Made by a program: the position numbers and the translations under genes | Part shown: positions 1 through 8,323 of the stretch, one piece after another | How the letters are laid out: the number at the start of each line of letters is the position of its first letter | Position numbering within the stretch: position 1 is the first letter of the stretch | Source of the DNA: an uncultured Christensenella sp. | GTDB taxonomy: Bacteria > Bacillota > Clostridia > Christensenellales > UBA1242 | Direction: 5' to 3' | Assembly (NCBI GenBank): GCA_910586385.1 | Contig: CAJUGX010000002.1 | Coordinates: 134,187-198,186 of the forward strand | Length of the DNA stretch: 64,000 nt | Notes under the pieces: model-generated | Databases searched by the model: none | Told to the model about the DNA's origin: nothing | Seen by the model: only the letters and a program-made list of their open reading frames with translations

Positions 1-367
1 AAAACCTTTGTGGCACGCCATTTACCTTTGCAAGAAAATCCCCCATCGCATATCTGACACCATTCATTTTGAGAGATGCCGTTTCAAGATCAACCTCTCC
101 ATCTGGTGCAGTGATTTTGAGTCCAACTCTGCATCCTTCATCAAAGCCAAAGGTGTCATTTGCCAAAGAATATTGCACAACTTCACCTTCGCCGCCAATA
201 TACGCTTCTCTCCTATCTTTGTTGTAAACAAAGCTCAGACTTCCACCAACCCTTGCATCATCTCGTGATATATTTGCACTGTCAACAGCTTTCTTTCCGC
301 ATCCAAAAGAAAAGAGCGAAACTGCTACAAACAACATCACAATTGCAAACTTAACTTTCTTTTTCAT
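1..367 (-). CDS. Putative lipoprotein, N-terminal part only (ORF continues past the window start)
   Basis: Reverse-strand ATG at 367 is absent from the ORF track because the ORF runs off the edge. It gives MKKKVKFAIVMLFVAVSLFSFGCGKKAVDS...: a basic N-terminus, a hydrophobic core and a Cys after SFG (lipobox-like). The frame stays open down to base 2. Confidence 0.55.
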   Translation of the reverse strand, partial: MKKKVKFAIVMLFVAVSLFSFGCGKKAVDSANISRDDARVGGSLSFVYNKDRREAYIGGEGEVVQYSLANDTFGFDEGCRVGLKITAPDGEVDLETASLKMNGVRYAMGDFLAKVNGVPQRF

Positions 368-383
368 GAATCTAGTTTGTGCT

Positions 384-1859
384 TTATTTGGTTTTATATT
401 CTTGTTTCTTGGCATTGCCACTTGCTTTCTTTGATGTCACTTCATTCGCCTCAATTTGGACTTTCAAAACATCAGCCCTTTTTATTCCATATTTTGAGAA
501 AATGAAAATGGCACATGAGAGAGCAATCGCACTTCCAAAAAAGACAATTCGCGCCAATCCCGCCTGCACTGGCAATGATTGGACTGACTGAGATGAGTCA
601 AATTTTACAACATCCAAAAGCACACCAATGAAAAGCAGTGCAATTGAATTTGAAAAGTTGTAAGTGAAAGTATAATATCCAGTGTATCTGCCGGCGTTGT
701 TTTGCCCAGTTTTGTACTGCTCCATGGTCACAACATCAGCGTACATTGAGTGGGGCAAAGAGTAGAGAGCTCCCGAGCCAATTCCACAAATGAAAAGGCT
801 TGGTGCGACAAACCAGAAAATGAAATTAACAGTGCAATAAAGTCTAAACAAGAAAGTTATGCTGACAAGAGCAATGCCAAACAAAATGACAGCGAGCGCA
901 AAAATCAAAGTCTGCTTTTTGTCATATTTTTTGACGACATTCACCCAAATGACTTGTGACGCAATTGCCCCACCAAAAAGGCAAATCATCAAAATTGAAA
1001 TCTGAGTGCTTGAGAAATGATAACAAAAAGTAAACAAGTGCATCCCGACCGAAGAGATAAAGACCATTGCAATCAGACAAACAGAGTATCCAAGCATAAC
1101 GATTCTGAAATCTTTCTTTTTGAAAGTGTCCACATATCCAGACAGAATCTGAGAAAATTTTGCCTTACCTTTCACTTTTTCTTCTGGAGTCTCTTCTTGC
1201 ATTCCCTCATCATAATGTGGCATCTGGCGGACACGCTTGATGCAACCAAAAACAGTTGCAAGCCCGCATACAATCACAATGGCAGAGTTTACGATGGCGA
1301 TGTAGATGTATCCTTTCTGAGCAAATTGATTGCTCCCCGCTGGCATAAGAATGTACATCAACACGCTTGGCATAATCATCCCAAAAATGCTGAAGACCGT
1401 CTTCATGCTCTGGGCCTTTGTCTGGTCGTTGTAATCTGGTGCAATATCAATGCAAAGTGCCGAATAAGGCGTCGCAAAAAACGTGTTGAACGTCTCTTGC
1501 AAAAGCAAAAACACCAAAAGCCAAATCATGGCAAGAGCAGCATTGTTTGAAAATGGACAGCACCACAAGACCACATTGTTTATGGCAAGGGCAAAAGATG
1601 CGAAGAGCATGTGCCCCAATCTCCTGCCAAACACCTTGCTTTTGGTCTTGTCAGAAAGATAACCAATGATCGGATCAGACAGTCCGTCCCAAAGCGAGGT
1701 TATGGCGATTGTTATGCCGACCAAAAATCCGGGCAACCCCAAGACGCTTGTGCCGAAAAACATAATAAAACTTGAGACAGTTTGTCCCATTGAGCCATAG
1801 CCAAGATTTCCCATGCCATAAAAAAGCTTTGTTTTGAAATCAAGATATTTCTTTTTCAC
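384..1859 (-). CDS. GPH-family (MelB/YihO-like) glycoside-pentoside-hexuronide:cation symporter, MFS superfamily
   Basis: 491-aa polytopic membrane protein. The N-terminus KLFYGMGNLGYGSMGQTVSSFIMFF...LWDGLSDPIIGYLSDKT is the typical GPH signature (D-P-x-x-G-x-x-S-D+). Confidence 0.8.
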   Translation of the reverse strand: MKKKYLDFKTKLFYGMGNLGYGSMGQTVSSFIMFFGTSVLGLPGFLVGITIAITSLWDGLSDPIIGYLSDKTKSKVFGRRLGHMLFASFALAINNVVLWCCPFSNNAALAMIWLLVFLLLQETFNTFFATPYSALCIDIAPDYNDQTKAQSMKTVFSIFGMIMPSVLMYILMPAGSNQFAQKGYIYIAIVNSAIVIVCGLATVFGCIKRVRQMPHYDEGMQEETPEEKVKGKAKFSQILSGYVDTFKKKDFRIVMLGYSVCLIAMVFISSVGMHLFTFCYHFSSTQISILMICLFGGAIASQVIWVNVVKKYDKKQTLIFALAVILFGIALVSITFLFRLYCTVNFIFWFVAPSLFICGIGSGALYSLPHSMYADVVTMEQYKTGQNNAGRYTGYYTFTYNFSNSIALLFIGVLLDVVKFDSSQSVQSLPVQAGLARIVFFGSAIALSCAIFIFSKYGIKRADVLKVQIEANEVTSKKASGNAKKQEYKTK

Positions 1860-1911
1860 AAAGATATGTATATGTTAGATTTTCGGCTGGCAAAACAAAA
1901 ACTTCAGTCAA

Positions 1912-1937
1912 ACAAAAAAGGGACTTCTACTGTCCCT
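1912..1937 (-). terminator. Intrinsic terminator of the 1927-2742 gene
   Basis: AGGGAC/GTCCCT stem (1919-1924 / 1932-1937) with a 7-nt loop containing the TAG stop. A T6 run follows on the minus strand. Confidence 0.6.
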
Positions 1938-2742
1938 GATTTTCTTTCTTCTTTTTATCTTTCTTTCCCTTTTTGCCTTTCTTGTCTGTTTGAGGTGGGG
2001 CAATTGGATTTCCGTCAGCATCAAGCATAACGCGATCTCCTGAAGGCACTCTTGGTCTGACTGCAACCTCAGCGACCTCAAATCTGTTTCGATTGAGAGG
2101 GACAAGTTCTTTGCAATATCTGTCAACGATATGCAAGATGTGTTCCATCTCTTTCTGATAGGCAGGATTAAGCTCAAAGTCGAGCGAGAAATTTCTGATT
2201 GTCGTCTTCTTTCCCGTCCTGTGGTCCTTGATTTTCCAAGTCTCAAAAGACATTTCGGCCTCATAACCTGTCCCGCTGACAATCTTATAAACATTTCCGG
2301 AAATGGCAGTTGTTATGTAAGCAGATGTGTGCTTCACGATGTCAACAACGTTGATTGCAAACAAATTGTTAAAAGCAACTTTGATGGCGTCAGCAATTTG
2401 CACAGGGAAATCGCTTGGCTCGTCCTTGGGCTCACATTCGCCCAAAAATGCCTTCTTCTCACGATTGCTCACCTGAGCGACATCACTCACCCTAAACAAA
2501 GAGAAATACGTCCTCTCTTTGGTGTTGATTTTTCTAATAATGAGCCCTGCACCAGTCAAAAGATTTTTGTCGGTGTCATAGACAGTTTCAATCTTGTTGA
2601 GTTTGCCAGTGTAGATGACATTGTAAAACCCAAGGTTTTTTGAAATCTTCCCAAGAATCGCTTTCTCATTGTCAATCAAGATGTCATAGTTGTATCTGCG
2701 TGTCGCATATTTGTTTGGGGTACCCCTATCGCCAAGAAACAT
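1927..2742 (-). CDS. Hypothetical protein, weakly CYTH-like beta-barrel pattern, with a Lys-rich C-terminal tail
   Basis: 271-aa ORF. ETVYDTDKNLLTGAGLIIRKI and FSLDFEL resemble CYTH strands, but the N-terminal ExExK motif is not seen. The tail is KKGKKGKKDKKKKENQGQ. Confidence 0.45.
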   Translation of the reverse strand: MFLGDRGTPNKYATRRYNYDILIDNEKAILGKISKNLGFYNVIYTGKLNKIETVYDTDKNLLTGAGLIIRKINTKERTYFSLFRVSDVAQVSNREKKAFLGECEPKDEPSDFPVQIADAIKVAFNNLFAINVVDIVKHTSAYITTAISGNVYKIVSGTGYEAEMSFETWKIKDHRTGKKTTIRNFSLDFELNPAYQKEMEHILHIVDRYCKELVPLNRNRFEVAEVAVRPRVPSGDRVMLDADGNPIAPPQTDKKGKKGKKDKKKKENQGQ

Positions 2743-2927
2743 ATCCTCTCCTTATATAAGTCTATTCTAAACAAAATTGAAGAAAAAAGCAAACAATTCA
2801 AAAAAAAATCGATTTTTCAAAGTGATATACTACCAAAATTGTCATCAACACAACTTTTTATGTTTGAAAACTGTTTTTCTCGGAAACAATCACAAAAGAA
2901 TCAATCTTAAAAGTTTAAGGAGTAACT

Positions 2928-3527
2928 ATGAATTTCAATGACAGCACAACAAAAACAAACCTTGCCCGTGCATTTGCCGGGGAATGTCAGGCCGGTGCAA
3001 GATATCAATTTATGTCAAAACTCGCACTGCAAGACCAAATGCAATTTATCTCTGACACGATGAAAACTTTGGCAAAAAATGAGATGGCACACGCAAAGGT
3101 GTTTTATGATTATATCTTGCAAAACAGCGATGGAAATGTCCGAAACATTGCCATTGAAGCAGGCTTTCCATTTGAGATGCCAAAACTCGAAACCAGTCTT
3201 TTGGAAGAAAGCAAAAATGAAACCTCGGAAGCAGAAAACATCTATCCCTCTTTTGCACGCATTGCAAAAGATGAGGGGTTTGTCAACATCGCTCGCTCTT
3301 TCGAAGCAATTGCAAAAATCGAAAAATCCCACGCTCGCATCTTGAAATACCTTGCGGACCTTTACAAATCCAAAAGACTCTACAAGCGTGACAAGCCAAC
3401 TGAATGGAAATGCTCGACCTGCGGCCATGTCGAAATCTCAAAAGAAGCTTTCAAAACCTGTCCAGTCTGCTCTCTGCCACAAGGCTATGTTATCATTGAT
3501 ATTGAAAAAGAACTGTCATCTTCATGA
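2928..3527 (+). CDS. rbr: Rubrerythrin
   Basis: N-terminal ferritin-like diiron domain (TNLARAFAGECQAGARY, EMAHAKVF, IEKSHARI) plus a C-terminal rubredoxin-like CxxC...CxxC (CSTCGH...CPVCS). RBS AAGGAG lies 7 nt upstream. Confidence 0.9.
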   Translation: MNFNDSTTKTNLARAFAGECQAGARYQFMSKLALQDQMQFISDTMKTLAKNEMAHAKVFYDYILQNSDGNVRNIAIEAGFPFEMPKLETSLLEESKNETSEAENIYPSFARIAKDEGFVNIARSFEAIAKIEKSHARILKYLADLYKSKRLYKRDKPTEWKCSTCGHVEISKEAFKTCPVCSLPQGYVIIDIEKELSSS

Positions 3528-3538
3528 CAGTCTTTTTT
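3512..3538 (+). terminator. Intrinsic terminator of rbr
   Basis: ACTGTCAT/ATGACAGT 8-bp stem with a 4-nt loop, overlapping the TGA stop, followed by CTTTTTT. Confidence 0.7.
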
Positions 3539-3552
3539 ATCAAAACGGCAAT

Positions 3553-3576
3553 AAAAAAGCCGACACGAATGTCGGA
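3553..3576 (-). terminator. Intrinsic terminator of hup
   Basis: CCGACA/TGTCGG stem with a 4-nt loop. A T6 run follows on the minus strand (A6 at 3553-3558 on plus). Confidence 0.65.
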
Positions 3577-3588
3577 CATTTTCTATCC

Positions 3589-3864
3589 TTAGTCGTTGAA
3601 AACGGCTTTGAAACTCTTTCCAAATTTGAATTTTGGCACGTTGCAAGCAGCAACTTTTACAGTTTCCTTTGTCAATGGATTGATTTTTGTAGTTGCGCTT
3701 TTCTTTGAAAGTTCGAAAGAGCCGAATCCAGGGATTTGAATCTTTTCTCCACTCTTCAAAACGCTTACGATTGTGTCGATAACTGCGTCGAAAACAATGC
3801 CAGCATCTTTTTGTGTGCAATTTGCCTTTTCTGCAACGGCCTTAACGAATTCACCTTTGTTCAT
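3589..3864 (-). CDS. hup: HU-family DNA-binding protein
   Basis: 91 aa, MNKGEFVKAVAEKA...GEKIQIPGFGSFE...PKFKFGKSFK: canonical HU/IHF fold signature. RBS AAGGAG. Confidence 0.92.
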   Translation of the reverse strand: MNKGEFVKAVAEKANCTQKDAGIVFDAVIDTIVSVLKSGEKIQIPGFGSFELSKKSATTKINPLTKETVKVAACNVPKFKFGKSFKAVFND

Positions 3865-3980
3865 AATATCTCCTTAAATTTTTGTCTAGCACCTTCATGC
3901 CACTTTCATGATATCATAATTTGCCCAAATCACCAAATGATTTTTGAAACAATTCATCCAAAATAATAAGTGCCTAGCAT

Positions 3981-4937
3981 CTATCGAGCAAAAAACTTTG
4001 CAACCTCTGAAAAATAATAATCTACAACCTTTGCAAGACGCTTTGTAAATGAATAATTGTAAACAACAATCTCAACTTTTCCAACAACTTGACTCATCTC
4101 ATAGAATCCATTGTTTCTGCTGTCGCTGCTGTGCCCACGGTTGTCACCCATGCAGAAGAACATTCCCTTTGGGATTTTGACATAAACTAGTCCTGCGTCA
4201 GAGACAAAGAAATCATCGCTTCCACTTGCAATCTCTGCCAAATGTCCCTCGAGAAAAGTCTCAAAGAAATCCAATTCATAACTGACATCGTTGTACCCAT
4301 CTGAAGAAGTCCCACCTTCATCCAAGAAAGTCGTCAAATCTTTTCTTTCTGTCCATTCATCATGCTGGCCATCTTTATAGATGGTGTATCCATTTGTGTT
4401 CACTCTTTCGTCAAGTCTTGCACTCTCATCATCAAAATTTGTCAAATCGGTGCCTTTTGCAATTCGGTAAAAATACAACCTCTCTTGACCATCATCGTCC
4501 TTATGAAGTGCCACGGAGACATAATCTCCTTCCATCCCCATCACACGCTTAACAACATCTTTGGTTTCCCATTTCTTATTTACTGTATTGTATGTTTTTC
4601 TTTTTGCCACAACAACATCAAACACCTTGATTTTTGCAATTGTGTTTACATAAACAGCATCTTCTGTCCCCTTTTGATCGTCTAGCGCAAGAGAACTGTT
4701 GAGCGTGTTTTTCATTGAAGCACCAGAAACTATGTAATATTTGTGAGTAGAGATGAATGCAGTGTACCAAATGAAAAAGATTGCAAAAAAGATGAGCAAA
4801 ATGTAAAGAGTGATTTGCACAGCAAGAGAAAAAGCGGTAGTTTTCTTTTCGCTTTTTTCTTTTTCCTTGCTATATTGAATAAATTCATCATCAAATCTTG
4901 CCACAATTTTTCTCCTCAAAAGCATGCATTTTTGCAT
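3981..4937 (-). CDS. lepB: Signal peptidase I (S26), with a long insertion between the Lys box and the GDNR box
   Basis: N-terminal TM segment, then SGASMKNTL (catalytic Ser), VKRVMGMEGD (catalytic Lys) and GDNRGHSSDSR (box E). At 318 aa it is unusually long for a Gram-positive SPase I. Confidence 0.85.
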   Translation of the reverse strand: MQKCMLLRRKIVARFDDEFIQYSKEKEKSEKKTTAFSLAVQITLYILLIFFAIFFIWYTAFISTHKYYIVSGASMKNTLNSSLALDDQKGTEDAVYVNTIAKIKVFDVVVAKRKTYNTVNKKWETKDVVKRVMGMEGDYVSVALHKDDDGQERLYFYRIAKGTDLTNFDDESARLDERVNTNGYTIYKDGQHDEWTERKDLTTFLDEGGTSSDGYNDVSYELDFFETFLEGHLAEIASGSDDFFVSDAGLVYVKIPKGMFFCMGDNRGHSSDSRNNGFYEMSQVVGKVEIVVYNYSFTKRLAKVVDYYFSEVAKFFAR

Positions 4938-4941
4938 GTTT

Positions 4942-5514
4942 TTAATCTATCTTTCTCTGTTTCTCAGCAAACTGCTTGTCTTGAATGATTTTTGCAAACA
5001 TACATCCGCAATAATGTTGCCTGTACAAATCCAATTCTTTTGCCAGTGCAACACTTCGCAAATAACCATCTTTTTTCTTGAAACTCTCTTCCAGAAATTT
5101 GACACCTGTCAGTCTTGAAATTTCCTTTCCAACGGTGTTTATCATCTCTGTCTTTTTGTATGGACTTACGGTAAGTGTTGTTGAAAACAAATCAAAGTCA
5201 TTTTCCTTTGCATATTCTGCGGTCCTTTCAAGTCTGAAAGCGAAACATTTTTCACACCTAGCACCACCCTCTGGCTGATTTTCAAATCCCTTGACGCTCT
5301 TGTGCCAACCTTCGTTGTCGTAGTCACAGTCAACAAATGGAATGCCAAAAAACTTGCAGACTTTCTTTTGCTCGTCTTTTCGTTTTTCATATTCTTCTTT
5401 TGGCTCTATGTTTGGATTGAAATAGAAAATCGTCAAATCAAAATTCTCTTTCAGCCTCTCAATACAAACCGTTGAACAGGGACCACAACAAGAGTGCAAC
5501 AACAACTTTTCCAT
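4942..5514 (-). CDS. queH: Epoxyqueuosine reductase QueH (DUF208)
   Basis: MEKLLLHSCCGPCS...GGARCEKCFAFRL...YRQHYCGCMFA matches the QueH Cys pattern. I prefer the ATG at 5514 over the TTG at 5574 given in the track. Confidence 0.82.
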   Translation of the reverse strand: MEKLLLHSCCGPCSTVCIERLKENFDLTIFYFNPNIEPKEEYEKRKDEQKKVCKFFGIPFVDCDYDNEGWHKSVKGFENQPEGGARCEKCFAFRLERTAEYAKENDFDLFSTTLTVSPYKKTEMINTVGKEISRLTGVKFLEESFKKKDGYLRSVALAKELDLYRQHYCGCMFAKIIQDKQFAEKQRKID

Positions 5515-5602
5515 AGAAACAATTTTACTTATTTCATCTCCCCTTGTCAAGGCAAGAGACATTGTTGCATTCAAAAATCAATTTGTCGGCGTCTCCCCAA
5601 TT

Positions 5603-5941
5603 TTATACTATCGCCTTGACAGCATAGAGCATGACGTCATTGACCAATTCAGATTTCAAGAAATAAATCAAAATTTTTCCGTCTCTCTTGCAGTCAACCA
5701 TCCCTTGATCTTTGAGAGTTTTGAGTTGATGCGAGATTGTCGTCTGATTTTGCCCCAAAACTTTCGAAAGGTCATTGACACAAAGTTCTCTTATAGAAAG
5801 CGCCGAAAGGATTCTGATTCTCGTTTGATCAGAAAAGTTTTGAAAATAAAGTGCAAGTTTATTTGTGCAATCTTCATCCGGCAAAAGCTGTGCAACCTCA
5901 TTCCTGTTTCTTTCGCTTATCATCAAAAGTTTATCTTCCAT
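5603..5941 (-). CDS. ArsR/SmtB-family transcriptional regulator
   Basis: FSDQTRIRILSAL...ELCVNDLSKVLGQNQTTISHQLKTLKDQGMV is the winged-HTH ArsR signature. The ATG at 5941 is preceded by AAAGGAGAG. Confidence 0.85.
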   Translation of the reverse strand: MEDKLLMISERNRNEVAQLLPDEDCTNKLALYFQNFSDQTRIRILSALSIRELCVNDLSKVLGQNQTTISHQLKTLKDQGMVDCKRDGKILIYFLKSELVNDVMLYAVKAIV

Positions 5942-5982
5942 TTTTCTCTCCTTTATAGCGCTCAACCGCCCTTTAATTATTT

Positions 5983-6030
5983 TGAAAATTTCACCTATGT
6001 ATTTGCCAACAATATTTCAGAAATTTTCAC
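5983..6030. promoter_or_regulatory. Two TGAA-N-TTCA-type palindromic sites, candidate ArsR/SmtB operator
   Basis: TGAAAATTTCA (5983-5993) and AGAAATTTTCA (6020-6030) lie in the divergent intergenic region between the ArsR gene and the small ORF at 6163. SmtB/CzrA-type operators are TGAA...TTCA inverted repeats. Confidence 0.4.
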
Positions 6031-6162
6031 ACAATAAATTTTGAATGCATAAATATTACCAGCAATCAAAAATATTTTGCCAAACAAAAGAGAAATCTGC
6101 AAAAAGAATTTTGTCGCTTTTGCATGAAATATAGAATTTTTTGTGAAAAAGGAGATTTTATT

Positions 6163-6351
6163 ATGACACAAGAATTTTTATGGGTTTTTCTTTTATCAGT
6201 GCTTAGCAGCCAAAACGACACAAACCTTGCCACAAACACAAACATCCTGCTCTTGCTCTTGTTGGGACTTTCAAATACAAACAATAGCTTTGGCACCAAC
6301 TCTTTAGGTTGCAATCGTTGCTTCGGCTCAAACAATTTCACAACTTTCTAA
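6163..6351 (+). CDS. Small (62 aa) Asn/Thr/Leu-rich hydrophobic peptide with a C-terminal GCNRCFG motif
   Basis: ATG at 6163 lies 7 nt after AAAGGAG. The product is MTQEFLWVFLLSVLSSQNDTNLATNTNILLLLLLGLSNTNNSFGTNSLGCNRCFGSNNFTTF. It is divergent from the ArsR regulator. An antisense ORF (6066-6341) overlaps it, so coding status is uncertain. Confidence 0.4.
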   Translation: MTQEFLWVFLLSVLSSQNDTNLATNTNILLLLLLGLSNTNNSFGTNSLGCNRCFGSNNFTTF

Positions 6352-6614
6352 AAATAAATAAAAAATATTGAAATAAAAATTCAATTTTAATTTATTTTTC
6401 ATCCATTTTATTACGCAAAAAAATACCCCTTCAAAATAATTAAAAATTCCATAAATAAAGGCGAAAAAATGTACTTAAAATTTTTTTATATTTTTTTGTC
6501 GAAAACATTTGGAATTTTTTTTTATATATGATATTATTCTTCTGTAATCAAAAAAGAAAGAATATTCTTTCAATCTTTTGAGAAACTAAAATATAAATGG
6601 AGGAGGAAAAGAGG

Positions 6615-7013
6615 ATGAACTTTTTGAATTCAATGTTGGGATTTGGTTGGAACAATATTGATTGGGGGCCAGAATTTGATGCTTGGGTTCCATCACTTAT
6701 GGATACATTGGGGACAGTTCTTTGGGTTCTTCTTGCACTCGTTGGTGCTGCCGGCGGTATCTACGCTCTTTATATTGGTATCAAAATGGCTAGAGCGGAC
6801 TCTGCAGAAGCGAGAGACGAAAACAAAAAGAGACTTATCAACATTGTTGTATCAATCGTTGTAGTTATCGTTTTGATTTTGTTCTTCAACGGATTCTTGC
6901 CAATGATTCTTGATGCATTCCACATCTTCGATGGCGGTAAAAAAGAAGATATACCAGATCAAAATAGCATTGCTGCACTCATCAATACAGCAAAAACTTT
7001 CCTTCATATGTAA
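6615..7013 (+). CDS. Small two-TM membrane protein (VirB2/TrbC-pilin-like layout, family not identified)
   Basis: ATG at 6615 follows GGAGGAGGAAAAGAGG. Two hydrophobic helices (LGTVLWVLLALVGAAGGIYALYIGI and LINIVVSIVVVIVLILFF) are joined by the charged loop KMARADSAEARDENKKR. Confidence 0.6.
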   Translation: MNFLNSMLGFGWNNIDWGPEFDAWVPSLMDTLGTVLWVLLALVGAAGGIYALYIGIKMARADSAEARDENKKRLINIVVSIVVVIVLILFFNGFLPMILDAFHIFDGGKKEDIPDQNSIAALINTAKTFLHM

Positions 7014-7022
7014 TAAAAATAA

Positions 7023-7050
7023 AGACATCACAAATCGTGGTGTCTTTTTT
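7023..7050 (+). terminator. Intrinsic terminator of the 6615-7013 gene
   Basis: AGACATCAC/GTGGTGTCT 9-bp stem (one G-U pair), 5-nt loop, then T6. Confidence 0.7.
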
Positions 7051-7070
7051 GTTGCCCCCCGAAAAACTTA

Positions 7071-7103
7071 CAAAAAGAAAAAGAGGAAATCCTTTTGCCT
7101 CTT
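7071..7103 (-). terminator. Intrinsic terminator downstream of prfA
   Basis: AAGAGG/CCTCTT stem with an 11-nt loop. TTTCTTTTT follows on the minus strand. It lies about 150 nt past the prfA stop. Confidence 0.55.
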
Positions 7104-7251
7104 TTCTCATTTTTTTCTTTTCCTGCTTTACTTCGCCAGATAGTCGCGACAAATCGCATAGCATTATGTGTTTCATCGTGATTTCATTTGGTCGCTTAGC
7201 GAGAAAACCAAATTGTTACGCGATACTTTTCGCTTAAGCTAAAATGAGCCA

Positions 7252-8319
7252 TCATTGCAGGTTTTCGAGCATCTCTGTGCGTTCTTTCAAAATCATTGCA
7301 TCAATGAATTCGTCAAGATTTCCAGCAAGCACACCATTCAAGTCATATGACGACAAGTTTGTTCTGTGGTCTGTCACTCTGCCTTGAGGATAGTTGTAGG
7401 TACGGATTCTCTCATTTCTGTTTCCGCGTCCAACCTGATTTTTTCTGTTTGCATCATATTCGCTGTTGCGTTGCTCTTCATAATAGTCAAAGATTTTCGC
7501 TTTCAAGATTGCCATAGCTTTCTCTTTGTTTTTAAGCTGTGATCTTTCATCCTGACAAGTGACCACAATGTTGAGTGGCAAATATGTCATACGAATTGCA
7601 GTTTCAACCTTGTTGACATTTTGTCCACCCGCACCGCCTGAATGGTAGACATCGATACGCAAATCTTTGTCCAAGATTTCAATATCAATATCTTCAACTT
7701 CTGGCAAACACGCAACTGTCGATGTTGAAGTGTGGATTCTTCCTTGGCTTTCTGTCTCTGGCACTCTTTGAACTCTATGTACACCACTCTCATATTTCAT
7801 ACGAGAATATGCACCTTTGCCTTTCACAAGAAGTGTCGCCTCTTTGATTCCGCCAATCTCAGTCTCAGACATCTCGATGTATTCCACTTTCCAGCGCTTT
7901 TTTTCTGCATAATGGCTGTACATTCTGCAAAGTTCCAAACAGAATAGTGCAGATTCTTCACCACCCGCTGCTGAGCGGATTTCGATGATGGCGTTGCTGT
8001 CATCATTTTCATCCTTTGGCAAAAGCAAAATCTTAAGTTCTTCGGCTTTCTCTTCGATTTTCTTCTTCAAATCTTCAATCTCTGCTTGGAAGAGTTCTCT
8101 CATCTCAGCGTCTGTTTCACTCTTCAAATCTGCTTCACAACTCTCAAAGTTGTCAACCAGAGTCTTAAGTTCGACATGAGCATTTGCCACATCTTCAAGC
8201 ATGCTTCTTTCTTTAACCAATTTTTTCCATTCTCTGTTGTCTGCAATGATTTCAGGACGAGAAATAAGGTCAGTCAATTCATCAAACCTACCCCTTGATT
8301 TCTCAGTCTTTTCCAACAT
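7252..8319 (-). CDS. prfA: Peptide chain release factor 1
   Basis: GGQ motif (HSGGAGGQNVNKVETA) and the RF1 PxT region (QRVPETESQGRIHTS). The ATG at 8319 (MLEKTEKSRGRFDEL...) fits RF1 N-termini better than the GTG at 8340 in the track. Confidence 0.95.
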   Translation of the reverse strand: MLEKTEKSRGRFDELTDLISRPEIIADNREWKKLVKERSMLEDVANAHVELKTLVDNFESCEADLKSETDAEMRELFQAEIEDLKKKIEEKAEELKILLLPKDENDDSNAIIEIRSAAGGEESALFCLELCRMYSHYAEKKRWKVEYIEMSETEIGGIKEATLLVKGKGAYSRMKYESGVHRVQRVPETESQGRIHTSTSTVACLPEVEDIDIEILDKDLRIDVYHSGGAGGQNVNKVETAIRMTYLPLNIVVTCQDERSQLKNKEKAMAILKAKIFDYYEEQRNSEYDANRKNQVGRGNRNERIRTYNYPQGRVTDHRTNLSSYDLNGVLAGNLDEFIDAMILKERTEMLENLQ

Positions 8320-8323
8320 TTCT

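Noticed and set aside
6066-6341. 91-aa minus-strand ORF antisense to the small peptide ORF
   Set aside because: It has no RBS. The plus-strand ORF has a properly spaced AAAGGAG and lies divergent to a regulator. Neither is proven, and I kept only the plus-strand call at low confidence.
6352-6596. Very AT-rich stretch with T-runs and short repeats, checked as a possible CRISPR or satellite array
   Set aside because: There are no regularly spaced direct repeats. It looks like ordinary promoter or curved DNA upstream of the 6615 gene.
7650-7700. RF1 tripeptide reads P-E-T rather than the more familiar P-A-T or P-V-T
   Set aside because: The middle residue of the PxT motif is variable among RF1 proteins, and the rest of the motif (TESQGRIHTS) is canonical. 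I have no basis to infer altered stop-codon recognition.
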